Source: Octopus sinensis | Lineage: Eukaryota | Direction: 5' to 3' | NCBI RefSeq assembly: GCF_006345805.1 | Contig: NC_043002.1 | Span: forward strand, 109,244,001-109,308,000 | DNA length: 64,000 nt | In this document: piece after piece, positions 45,976 through 58,299 of the stretch | How positions within the stretch are numbered: position 1 is the stretch's first letter | How the letters are laid out: every line of letters starts with the position of its first letter | Program-made: the position numbers and the translations under genes | Notes under the pieces: model-generated | What the model was told of the DNA's origin: nothing | Database searches by the model: none | What the model saw: only the letters and a program-made list of their open reading frames with translations

Positions 45976-47219
45976 AAGAAATAGAAAAATATCGATAAAG
46001 TTGAGATTAATAAGAAAAATTTGCATCAAGGGAGAGAAGGGATGATGCGTAAGAGAAAGTCAGTTTTCACTTCGGTACTTAAGCTGCAGAAATTTGAAAC
46101 ATCCAGAATGGTTAATTTTAGTATATTAGAAGAGCTCAGTCCGTTCAAAAAGAACAATACGATACAAAACACTAGCAACAGCAGTTCAGTATTAATTTCA
46201 TGCTTTGCATGACAGACATGCTTCACAGCTATACCCCATTGAAAGGGCTAGTTTGTAGTTTCTAGAGAAAATGTTAAACGTACCTGAAAATGAAAAAAAA
46301 GATGGTCTTTCTGCCCAACTAAAAGACCTAAAGAACTATCAAAGAAGGTGTGGAGGAGAGAAGAGAGAACTAACGGTCGATGCTTCTAGAACTCCCAGAC
46401 TGAAAACATTAACACTTGAAAGACTTTCCCTCTATTAATTACTAAATGTCTTTCCCTCATCTTCATTGTTAAAAGTAAAGAATCTAGAAAAGATGGATTG
46501 TATTTCAGTCTAATTGTCATTGTAAATATTTGAGGCTTTCCATTCCCTGTCTCTATGGCTTCACTGCTTTTCTCTACATTTAAGGGTCAAGGTGCGCGAC
46601 TCGGTGGTCTGAGCAATGTGACCCATGATCATTAAGTCATGAGTACGATTTCCGGCAGAGCGTTGTGTTCTTGACCGAGGTACTGCTCCAGTCGACTCAT
46701 TTGGCAAAAATGAGTTGTAGCTGTAATATTCAAAGGGGCCAGCCTCTTTTCTAGAAATGTTTATTTAGGGGAGAATGCATTATACACTCTGTAAAGTGGT
46801 TGGAAGGGCATCCAGCTGTAGAAACCGTGCCAGAACAGACAATGAAGCCTGGTGGGGGCCCTGCTGGTTCCTACCAAACTAGCCATCACTTGCCAGGACC
46901 AAAAACGGATATTAAATAATAATGATGAGGACTTAGGGAATATTCTGTTAATCCTGAACAGAGACAACATAAAGTTGTGACTCGCTGATCTATGATTGAG
47001 ATATTGTTGAGAATACCCAATCATATACAACACAAATAGCTACTCATTTCACAACTTTTTGGTTGTTAGTATCTAATATTTGTTTTCTTTTCTTTCAGGA
47101 GATATTTCCATTTAAAAGAAGATTATCTGCAGAGGATACTGCAAGTCTGCTGTGTTAGGGTAGAGAGATTTATCAACCAATTAATGTCTTCAGAATAAAA
47201 CTAAAATTTAACAAAGAAA

Positions 47220-48329
47220 ATGTTTCAGAAAGTGAGCAAACGTTACAAGTGTGGTATTTGTGGTAAATTACTTACTACAATGTCTAATTTAGTTATTCAC
47301 AGGCGCACTCATACTGGGGAGAAGTCGTACAACTGTGAAGTATGCAAGAAAGCATTCTCTGTAAAAAGTTTAGTGATACACAAACGCACGCACACAGGAG
47401 AGAAGCCATTTCACTGTGAAATATGTGGAAAATCATTTTCTCATAAAGGTTACTTAAAGATTCACAAACGTGTTCACACTGGAGAGAAACCATTTCAGTG
47501 TGAAATCTGTGGAAAGTCCTTTTCTTATAAAGGTTATCTAAAGATACACAAACGTGTTCACACTGGAGAGAAACCATACAACTGTGAAATCTGTGGCACA
47601 GCATTTTCAATATTTAAGAGTTTACAATATCATCAACTTATTCACACTGGAGAAAAGCGATTCAATTGTGAAATCTGTGGCAAGCCATTTTCTCATTTTG
47701 GTAATTTAAAAAGGCATAAACGTACTCATACTGGGGAGAAGCCATACAGGTGTGATGATTGTGGGAAAGCTTTTTCTAATTTGAGTGAATGTGAAAGACA
47801 CAGAGGTGTACACTCAAAACCTTACCACTGTGAAATCTGTGATAAAGCATTTTCTGTCAAAGAGTCTTTAACAGTACACAAACGAGTTCACACTGGAGAG
47901 AAGCCATATCACTGTGAAGTATGTGGGAAAGGATTTACAAGTAGTGGTACCTTAAGAAGGCATAAACGTACTCACACAGGGGAAAAACGACACCGCTGTG
48001 AAATCTGTGGGAAATCATTTCCTGAAAAATATATTTTAACATTACACAAACGAATTCACACAGGAGAGAAACCATATCACTGTGAGGTTTGTGGAAAAGA
48101 CTTTTCTGATAGGTGCAGCTTAAAGAAACACAATCATGTTCATACTGGGGAGAAGCCACATCAGTGTGAAATCTGTGGCAAAGCATTTTCTTTAACTGCT
48201 AATTTAAAAAGACACAATTTTATTCACACAGGAGAGAAACCATATCGTTGTTTAATATGTGGAAAAAAATTTTCACTCAAGTCCAGCTTAACAACACATA
48301 CACGTATTCATACTGGGGAAAAGCCATAA
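47220..48329 (+). CDS. Poly-C2H2 zinc-finger protein, paralog E (13 fingers; finger 2 has a one-residue deletion)
   Basis: 369-aa ORF; acceptor AG at 47097-47098; finger 2 CEVCKKAFSVKSLVIH has 11 instead of 12 spacer residues. Confidence 0.9.
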   Translation: MFQKVSKRYKCGICGKLLTTMSNLVIHRRTHTGEKSYNCEVCKKAFSVKSLVIHKRTHTGEKPFHCEICGKSFSHKGYLKIHKRVHTGEKPFQCEICGKSFSYKGYLKIHKRVHTGEKPYNCEICGTAFSIFKSLQYHQLIHTGEKRFNCEICGKPFSHFGNLKRHKRTHTGEKPYRCDDCGKAFSNLSECERHRGVHSKPYHCEICDKAFSVKESLTVHKRVHTGEKPYHCEVCGKGFTSSGTLRRHKRTHTGEKRHRCEICGKSFPEKYILTLHKRIHTGEKPYHCEVCGKDFSDRCSLKKHNHVHTGEKPHQCEICGKAFSLTANLKRHNFIHTGEKPYRCLICGKKFSLKSSLTTHTRIHTGEKP

Positions 48330-48673
<344 letters not shown>

Positions 48674-49554
48674 CTTTTGTAGGAAAGCACAGTATAAAAC
48701 CATTTTGTTGTGATATTTGTATTAAAGAATTTATGTATATGAATGTTATTAAATTGCTATAATTGTTTATAATATGCATAGTCTATTCTTGGGAATTGTA
48801 GTAAATTTTTCATTTTTAATGTTACTTGTTAGGTCACATGTATCATGATATGGTTAGAGTGAGAAAACCGTTGTTACTATTACTACTACTAGTGGCAATG
48901 CAACAGAATTAGGGAGACATACAACACTCCATCCACTGCATGCAGTTACCTGGCTGCTGTTGAAGAGATAGTATCAAAGTGTAGAAAGGAGTCAGGACTA
49001 AATACAAGGCCATCATAGAGAATGATGCAAATTGGGATGTGCCCCCTTTACACAAGTAAATCCTAGAATAGCATGGAAAGGACAAAGATAGGAAGGTAAG
49101 GCCAACTAACTCGTGGTGTGATAACTAAAACTACCAGAGTATTATGTTTGTTGATGCTACCCCTGTACGTTATAGCATATGTTTTTGGGAAAACCTAAGA
49201 TAAATCTCTGGATTAAAGTAATAGAAAGACCAGGGATCTCCATAAAATACCAGATCTGTAAAACATCCATTTGAATGAAACACCTTTAAGGAGAGCAACT
49301 GTATAGTGTGTAGGCTGAATCCACAGATAAACTGTAAAGTTAGGAGTGTAGCATATAGTTTAAGGTGTAGTGAGGTATGGAAGAGAAACAGGATGACTAC
49401 ACACAGTGGTGGAAGCTGAAAGAGGAGAGAAGCTCATCAGTGCTCTATCAACATGCTCAATTAGGACATAAAGGCTTGCTCCACCATACTGCACAACCTG
49501 ATGACAAAGGACAATGAGAAGAAAGGGAAACAAATACCAACAGTATAATACATA

Positions 49555-49937
49555 CTCTTGTTTCAGTCATTTGACTGCGGCCATGCTGGAGCACCGCCTT
49601 TAGTCGAGCAAACCCACCCCAGGACTTATTCTTTGTAAGCCTAATACTTATTCTATTGGTCTCTTTTGCCGAGCTGCTAAGTTACGGGAACTTAAACACA
49701 CCAGCATCGGTTGTCAAGCGATGTTGTGGGGACAAACAGAGAGGCACAAACACACACATATATATATATATACGACAGGCATCTTTCAGTTTCCGTCTAC
49801 CAAATCCACTCACAAGGCTTTGGTCGGCCTGAGGCTATAGTAGAAGACACTTACCGAAGGTGCCATGCAGTGGGATTAAACCCGGTACCATGTGGTTGGT
49901 AAGCAAGCTTCTTAACACACAGCCACTCCGCGCCTAC
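49555..49937 (-). mobile_element. tRNA-derived SINE
   Basis: Family consensus. Confidence 0.8.
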
Positions 49938-51889
49938 ACACAAAAGACATACTAAATACAATAAGAAAAGAAAAAAATCAAAGTACACACTATGTAGTAA
50001 GCATACACATGCGCACAAAAAACACACCCAGATACAGATGCAAATTGTTGCGCATATATAGATGCATAGCAGAGAAATACAAAATGGAATAAGCATAAGA
50101 AGAGACATCAGATAGAGAGTGACTGAAGAGGTCACAGGACCTGGGATGAAACAGCTTTAAGAGAGAAACTAGAATAATGATAAATCTGAAGAGAAGACGA
50201 AATATACAGTATGTATGTGTTTAATTGACAAAATATGACCATCATTATGTATAACAAACAATATTATAACATTTTGATGTGAGGCCCCATGGTTGTCATG
50301 AGGATACAGTGATTATTCAGAAATGACACTATTGATTATATTATCATGGTTGTCATGTATCTTGTAGCACAGTACTACGATTTTCTAAAGAAATCTAAGT
50401 AAATAATCACCACTGGCTGAAGATGCAGACACATGAACTGAATTTTCCAGTAATTCTATACTGCCTTTCTTGCTGAGTACCAAGTCGACAAATTATATCA
50501 TTGTTTTGATGAAAATTGTTCATTGCTTGAAGAATATTGTTCAAGTTTAATAAAATTTAATATGTACTCAATGCGTGAAGTGTTGGGTCCAAAAGCCTAT
50601 TGAAGAACCCTCCACAGGAGGTAAGTTAAAGTCTGTCTGAAGAGCAAAGTTTATTCACAGCATTGCGGGCTAAGTACGATGTTTTATAGAGATGTCTGTA
50701 GAGTTGCAGCGGTTAATGTATGTGCTTTGTGTATGTAGAGAGAGACTTGATAGAAGTGTTTCTAGAAAGCACGAGGTAACGGCATTGGGTTTGTCCCATA
50801 CTGCTGGGGCACTTGGCAGCAGGACATTCTTGTGTGAGAGTAGCCAGCGATAATGTGATAAAGCAAAATTGCATGCCGCGAGTCCTTTAGAGAAGCGAGA
50901 CAAGGAACTCAATTGAACATGGCTGCAGCTCCACTATATAATTTACCAATCAAGCTGGGAAATTTGGGTAATATTTGCTAATCAACAGATAGCATGGAAT
51001 TAGCAGCTTGTTACCATGACAACCACGTGCTATGTTGTGGTTCAACTCTCTTGTTTGTACTGCACATTGTTATATGTTGATTTTTCACGCTTGATTCTTC
51101 ACATCACAAGATGTGTTTTAATAAAAAAGTTTGTTTACCAATTAGAATTCCATTGTAGATATTTTTCGTCAATTGTCTTAATATTTTTCATATATTTCGT
51201 TAAGTTTTACTATATTTACATTCATTGCAACGAATGCCTGTCGTTGACCAAGCCAGAGTGTGCCATTCTCTATTTTTATTTAAGATATAGGACAATATTA
51301 TTTAATGTGTCCTTCATTTTTATAATGCTAGAGCAGAATGTGAGGGAGATGTGGCTGTTATTTCTAGCAAATTGAACAAAGACAGAGATTACTTCATCGG
51401 CTCATTTGCTGATGTGATACAAGCAAAAAAAACTAAAGGAAATGGACCTTCATCTGTTTCTAGGATGAGCCTATCCAGTGTTCAAAAGTGTGTATTTTAA
51501 ACCAAAGCTAGTACAGACATGCTACAGGTGTCCAAAATCTAATTGGAACAACAAAACTCCAATGGTATCAATTAACTGGTTATAAAGACTAGATTTACTT
51601 CCATTGTAAATTTCTCCCATTTCCCAAAGATTTCAATTTGATTTTAATAGAAATAAATTGTGTTGTTATTCTATATTTTGATAAAATAAATTCACATGAA
51701 GATGAATCTCCACAAATTTAATTTTACCATTTATTGTACTTCTGTTTTCAAAATTGAAAATGTGACTGCTGCTAAGGGTTTCGGACAAGAAATGGTGTAT
51801 CTGTATAAGCACAATAGCAATACAGAAAAGATTTCGTTTTTGGATTTGGTTTGCAAGATTCTTTATATGAGTTCGTGTGTTGAAGCATA

Positions 51890-52101
51890 TTCTGTTGTCT
51901 GGGGAGAGTCATTTTCTTTTTGTGCCTTATTATGTAACACACTCACCGGTAAAATTTCCACTTTTTTCTTATTTTTATTGTCCTAAAATTTTCGTTGTGT
52001 CTTGCAACCTTTTCAATAATTTTGAAAAACTATTGAAAAGGTTGCAAGACTCAACGAAAATAATAAGGCACAAAAAAAATGACTCTCCCCAGATAGCAGA
52101 A
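51890..52101. repeat. ~210-bp hairpin, MITE-like
   Basis: Outer arms ttctg.t.tctggggagagtcatttt; inner arms ttttcgttg.gtcttgcaaccttttcaata. Confidence 0.75.
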
Positions 52102-52172
52102 TACAGAAACCAGCGATTTTACTTGGAATTCTTTTGGTGTATAAAGGAGGAAAGAAAATTAACTCAGTAGCC

Positions 52173-52347
52173 CACGTGACCCGAAGTGACCAATAGAATT
52201 TATATAACACCGCCATCTTAGTTTCTCACGAGACATTTACCGAAATAGGGTCATCATGGCGGGAGTTATAATTATTTAGCATGTTTTGTTTTATGATTGA
52301 TGTTAACAAAGGATAGTTATTCAGGAGAAGGCAGTATTAAGGTAAGA
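52173..52347 (+). promoter_or_regulatory. Putative promoter and non-coding exon 1 of A' (and possibly B')
   Basis: CACGTG 52173-52178; CCAAT 52190-52194; CCGCCATCTT 52210-52219; donor AAG|GTAAGA at 52342. Confidence 0.6.
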
Positions 52348-53061
52348 TATTGTTTGTATGTATTAAATACAGATAATTATCTCCCATCCGGGGTCGATAT
52401 TAAAGAATAAGAAGCGAAAATGCTGAAGTTGGTGGTAACGGAGTCTGAACTGGAGAGAGAAAGAAAGATACAAAATTCTTACAAAAACTACGTTAGTGTG
52501 TGTGTGAAACAACTAAATGTATAATATTAAAACAATATCTTTTACATACATCTTAAAAATCACTGGATATATTGATCCCAGATTGCAATTCATTCATGGA
52601 AGAAAAGAAAAACATTTTCCAATACTTTCGGTTTCTACCCCCCCCTCTTTTTTTCCGAAAAAAAAAATGACTTGCCGCCCATTAGGCATCCGTAATGCAT
52701 TCTTTTTTAAAGGTTTATATATATATACACACACGTACAATCTCCTGAAAATATGTTAATTTTCCTTAAAGTTACGAGAGAAAAAATCGGATCTTTTGAA
52801 TTTTCCGAAGTCCTCTCCTCACCCCATCGGAAGACATTTTAACCCACAAATTTCTTTATAATCCTGATGTATTCTGTTTGAAAGGTATTTATACAAAATT
52901 TTATGCAGAAAAAAACCCCATTTTCCCAAAAGTTATGAGGGAAAATCTAGGATCTTGTGAATTTTCCGAAGACCTCCCCACCCATCCGTTGCACTGTTTT
53001 TGTTTTTGATTTCGTTCCCGAGTAATATTGTAAACAACCGAAAAGGTTTAAAAGTTTAATA

Positions 53062-55516
53062 AAACAGGTCAACAAACTGAAACTGTTTTTAATCATCAGA
53101 GTTGCTGATTGACTTTGCTGGGTTAATTTATGATGCTGATTACGAATCTGAAGTTCGATTTCCTCTATCAGGTCACATTTTCATGTTAATGATACCTGCT
53201 GTTTTAAGTTATAGGATACGTAAAGCATGTCTGCATAAAGTATATTGAATACAAGATACGATAATTTCATGACTTTTTATTGTACAAAATTAGGCATTCT
53301 TTCGATTTGACTCGACGAGACCAAAACAAAACCTCGGTTGTTTCCGTGACAGCTGCTAAAATGGGAGGAGGAGAAGAAAGCTAATGCACACACGCACAGA
53401 GACAAGAACAAGCACGCACACACAACCCATTAGCTTTCTTCTCCCATTTTAGCAGCTGTCACGGTGGTCACGAAGATATCCGAAGTGAATTGTCGTGTTG
53501 TCACGGAAACAACCGAGGTTTTGTTTTGGTCTCGTCGAGTCAAATTGAAAGAATGCCAAAATTATTGTGTACAAATAAGTTAGAATACACTCAAATACAT
53601 AACTTAAAATCTTTGGGATTTGGACTTTCTATGGTATTTTGTCTCAGGTTCATCTCTGTATAACATCCAACAGTAGTCAGCTAACATTCCTATGCAATAT
53701 CTTGATGAAAGCGTTCCCCTTGCTCATCAGGCACTGCTCCAAGGTTCTCTGCAAAAAGTCCAGATGTGAATCAAGGAAATGGACGTTTAGTGGCATCCGA
53801 CAGCCCATTGCAGCGTAGGAGTCTAGAAGGCATTTCACTCCATTTCTAAACTCTAGAGATCTCTTGTTGCCTAGGAAATTTCCACAGAGCCATTTGAAGG
53901 ATTCCCAGGCTTTAAGCTCAATCTCATCCAGTGATGTGAGGAAGTGGTTGTCCTTCAGGAGTTCTTTTATCTGTGGACCTATGAATATCCCCTCCTTCAG
54001 TTTTGCCTCGGTGTTTTATGGAAATTTGACCTTCACATATTCATGAAACTATTGTTTCATGAGGCCAAGCTTTATGTGAAGAGGGGGAAGAAGAACATTT
54101 TCTGGGTTTAAAAGTGGCTTACACTGGACGCTAGAAACTCCTGGCTCTTATGATTTTCGCAAAGGTCACTCTGATTGCACATAGTGTTAGTTGCACAACT
54201 GTCCCATAGGCATAAAAAGCAACAATATTTTGTGAACCCAGATTGCATTCTCATCAACATTCCAATCGCCTTCGAGTCTCCACATATTTTTCAGCTGTAG
54301 TTTGAACACTTTATGGCATTGAGGAGTACTTGCATATTTTCATAACACTCCTTCATGTGCATTGAATGTCCTATGGGAATGGATGGTTTCTTATTGTTGT
54401 TGTGTAGTAGTACTGCCTTGAGGCTTCTCTTAGATGAATCAATGAATAAGCGCCATTCAGTTGGAACATGCTCTTGGAACAAACAGCGAAACAACTCGTC
54501 ATATTACTGAAACAAAGTGGTCCATCAACAGAGAAACATGAAGTCAGATCCCTATTTCTCTTCGTGAAATGAGTAATACAAACATCTTTCTTAAGCAGAC
54601 TCTTCTTGTAGGATAGATGCTAATAGTTCAGCTTTATCCTTCGACAATGACAAGTCTCTAACTAAATCATTTAACTCTCCTTGAGAAAATTTCTGTGGTA
54701 CGTCTTCATTTTCAGTCGTGAAATCTGCATCCACTTCGGTGTCTTCCACAGCAGTAATATTTTCTTCAGGAAATACATCTCCGTCAGACATCTGAAGGCC
54801 ATTTTCTGGTGGTATTGGAATAGGAAGATCATCATCATTGTGTGGTACTGGTCTTTTTGCTGATTCCAAGTTGGGATACACAATCTTATGCTTGGTCTTT
54901 ACAGTAAACCCACATACATTAATGTTGCAGAAATAACAGTCCATGAAATGATCCTTTCGCTCTCTCCATATCATAGGTATTGCAAACGGCATTGCTCTCT
55001 TCCTCTTATTTAGTCAATCCCATAGTCCACTCGAACAAGCTGAGCAGATGCTGTGCAGGGCCCAACTCTTATCTTGATCCCCGAGAGAGCAGCCAAAGTA
55101 TAACTGGTAGATCTTGATTTCACTTGTGATGGCAAGTTGCTGAGCTTTGGTGGTAAATGAACCACAGATATGAAAATATATCAGGAATGTTCTTGCAATG
55201 CCTTGACATCATGAGTAGAATTTTATGATGATGATGACTTGGCACCTTAAACAGAAAGTAAAATTTATGAAAAGAAAAGATTATGAAAACATAAAATTGC
55301 AAAATGAATACAAATAGTTATAAAACAGAAGTCAGAATTTACCTGTATAAGACGTTTACGTGTAGTGATACAGCTGATGGGAGTTCTATACCTCTCTTAT
55401 CTCATCAGAAAAACTGCCTGATAGAAGGAAACCGGTTACACTTTTGAAATCTGCAGACAAAACTACATATGAAACACTATATAATATCCCTGATGAAAAT
55501 TGCCTGTTGATCAGTG
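53062..55516 (-). mobile_element. Degenerate DNA transposon, probably Chapaev3-like (CMC)
   Basis: Frameshifted transposase at about 53601-55212: MSRHCKNIPD..MPFAIPMIWRE.KDH..DCYFC..WRLFIDSSKRSLKAVLLHN..PPLHIKLGLMKQ. Terminus 5'-CACTGATCAAC at 55516. The family name is from recall and needs a Repbase/Dfam search. Confidence 0.6.
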
Positions 55517-57183
55517 TTTGTATGAAGGGACACAGTAGGTGAGCCCATTAAACGTGTGCGTTAATGCTAATGTTTGTGTGTGTGTGTATGTGTATCGCCC
55601 ATATGTATTTTAAAGAGAAAGAGTTTTCACTCAGTTACTTATGCTAAAGACATTTGAAAGAAACATGCAGAATTGCCACTTTTAGTATATTAGAATAGCT
55701 CAGTCATTCAAAAAGAACAATACGATAGAAAACACTAACAACAGCAGTTCAATATTGGAAATAAGTTCTCCGCAAAAACCTAATTCCAGAGGACAGAAAG
55801 AGAGGAAATTTTACGAAATGCCGCACAGGTCCTTAAACTATTGCAGAAGTTTGTGCCAAAGATAACTGTCGATTTTTAGATAACAATAAAGTGCTAGAAA
55901 AGCAAGTAAATGCTACCAACCTCACTTGATATATTGAGCAACCAACAGCAAGGTAAAAGCGAAAAACATATTAAGAAAATCAAGATACCCAAGCTCCAAA
56001 CTAAAAAAATGAACTGCTGTGATGTTTTAATGTATATAAATATATTTCAGGCATAACTACAGATTCCTATCCCTCCCCCCAACTTTGGATGATCATAACT
56101 TTCAGAATAATGGATATTTCCACATTATAAAGCAAAAATGTTGTGTTTTGTGGAAGCAGTGAAAGCTAAGATGAAATAATTGCTATTCTATCGTGCAGTG
56201 ACTTCGCATTTGATTCACTCTTAGTTTGATAACAGCCTGTGCATGGGTATTTCTTGGGGGACTTGGCCTCCAGATCTGTGCGACACACAAATGCCACTGC
56301 ATATTTTCCCTTCTCAAAATAACAAAAAGCAATGATTTCAGATTTTGGCACAAGGCCAGCAGTTTGAGGGGAGAGACCAGTGGATTAACATCAGTGCAAG
56401 TATTCAACTGGTACTTATTTCATTGATCAAAAAGAATGAAAGGCAAAGTTGCCCTTGTCAGAACGTGAGGATGGATGGAATGCCACTAAGCGTTTAGCCA
56501 AATACACTCAGGATTCATTGAAAGGTGGTAATGGAAAGAATTCTGTATAATTGTTATGAAGCTACTTCTGGCCACTTTAAATGAAAACATCTATTTATCT
56601 AAGTCTGCCGAGTTGGAATCTTATGAAAATTGAAACCGGTGATAGAAGCACACTCTGCAATATGTAGGAAAGCATTGTCAATTATTGTTGCCAAATAAGA
56701 CAATAACACTCTCACCCACCACAAATGGAGGAAAGCATTTTCTAGAAATGTTTACTTAGGGGAGAATGCATTATACACTCTGTAAAGTGCTTGGCATTAG
56801 AAAGGGCATCCAGCTGTAGAAACCATGCCATAACAGACAATGGAGCCTTACTGGTTCCCGTCAAACTGTCCGACATTTGTCAGGATTGAAAATGGACATT
56901 AAATAATAATGATAAGGAACAGACAACATAAATAAAAGTTGTGACTTGCTGATCTGTGATTGAGATATTGTTGAGAATATAGTCAATCACATACACAAAT
57001 AGCTACTCATTTCACAACTTTTTAGTCAGTAGCATCTAATACTTATTTTATTTTTCTTTCAGGACATTTCCATTTGAAAGAAGATTGTGTGCAGAGGATA
57101 CTGCAACTCTGTTATGTTACGCTAGAGTTTTAACGACCAATATCTTCAGAATGAAAAGAGGAAACTGTAAAATTCAACTGAGA

Positions 57184-58299
57184 ATGTTTCAGGAAGTGAG
57201 CAAACTTTACAAATGTGGTATTTGTGATCAAGTACTTACTACAAAATCTAATTTAGCTATTCATAGGCGCACACATACTAGGGAAAAGCCATACAACTGT
57301 GAAGTATGTGAGAAAGCACTCTCTCAAAAAGGAAATGTAATAGAACACAAATGTACCCACACAGGAGAGAGACCATTTCACTGTGAAATATGTGGAATAT
57401 CATTTTCTGATAAAGGTTACATAAAGATTCACAAACGTACTCACACTGGAGAGAAACCATACCACTGTGAAATATGTGGAAAATCATTTTCTCATAAAGG
57501 TTACATAAAGATACACAAACGTGTTCACACTGGAGAGAAACCATATCACTGTGAAATCTGTGGCAAAGCATTTTCTGTATTTAGTAGTGTAAAATATCAT
57601 CAACTTTCTCACACTGGAGAAAAACAATATGATTGTGAAATCTGTGGCAAACTATTTTCTCGACGTACTCATTTATCAACACATAGACGTGTTCACACTG
57701 GGGAGGAGCCATACAAGTGTGATGACTGTGGGAAAGCTTTTAAGTATGCGAGTAACTTTGAAAGACACAGAGGTGTGCATTCAAAACCTTACCACTGTGA
57801 AATCTGTGATAAAACATTTTCCGCAAAAGAGATTTTAACAATACACGAACGTGTTCACACTGGAGAGAGGCCATATGATTGTGAAGTATGTGGGAAAGGA
57901 TTTCCAAGTAGGGGTCACTTAATAAGTCATAAACGTACTCACATGGAGGAAAAACAACACCACTGTGAAATCTGTGGGAAAGCATTCACTGTAAAATATG
58001 CTCTGACATTACACAAACGTATTCACACAGGAGAGAAACCATATCACTGTGAAGTTTGTGGAAAAGACTTTTCTGGTAGTTGTGGCTTAAATAAACACAA
58101 ACGTATTCATACTGGGGAAAAACCGCATCACTGTGAAATCTGTGGCAAAGCATTTTCTGAAAGTTGTACTTTACAAAGACACAGACGTATTCACACAGGA
58201 GAGACACCATATCACTGTTTAATATGTGGAAAAAGTTTTTCATTTCAGACCAGCTTAATGATACATAACCGTATTCATACCGGAGAAAAGCCACACTAA
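57184..58299 (+). CDS. Poly-C2H2 zinc-finger protein A' (identical to A)
   Basis: Translation identical to 917-2032. Confidence 0.9.
   Translation: MFQEVSKLYKCGICDQVLTTKSNLAIHRRTHTREKPYNCEVCEKALSQKGNVIEHKCTHTGERPFHCEICGISFSDKGYIKIHKRTHTGEKPYHCEICGKSFSHKGYIKIHKRVHTGEKPYHCEICGKAFSVFSSVKYHQLSHTGEKQYDCEICGKLFSRRTHLSTHRRVHTGEEPYKCDDCGKAFKYASNFERHRGVHSKPYHCEICDKTFSAKEILTIHERVHTGERPYDCEVCGKGFPSRGHLISHKRTHMEEKQHHCEICGKAFTVKYALTLHKRIHTGEKPYHCEVCGKDFSGSCGLNKHKRIHTGEKPHHCEICGKAFSESCTLQRHRRIHTGETPYHCLICGKSFSFQTSLMIHNRIHTGEKPH

Noticed and set aside
50470-51400. Unique-looking block with short ORFs
   Set aside because: No recognisable domain, splice pattern or termini.
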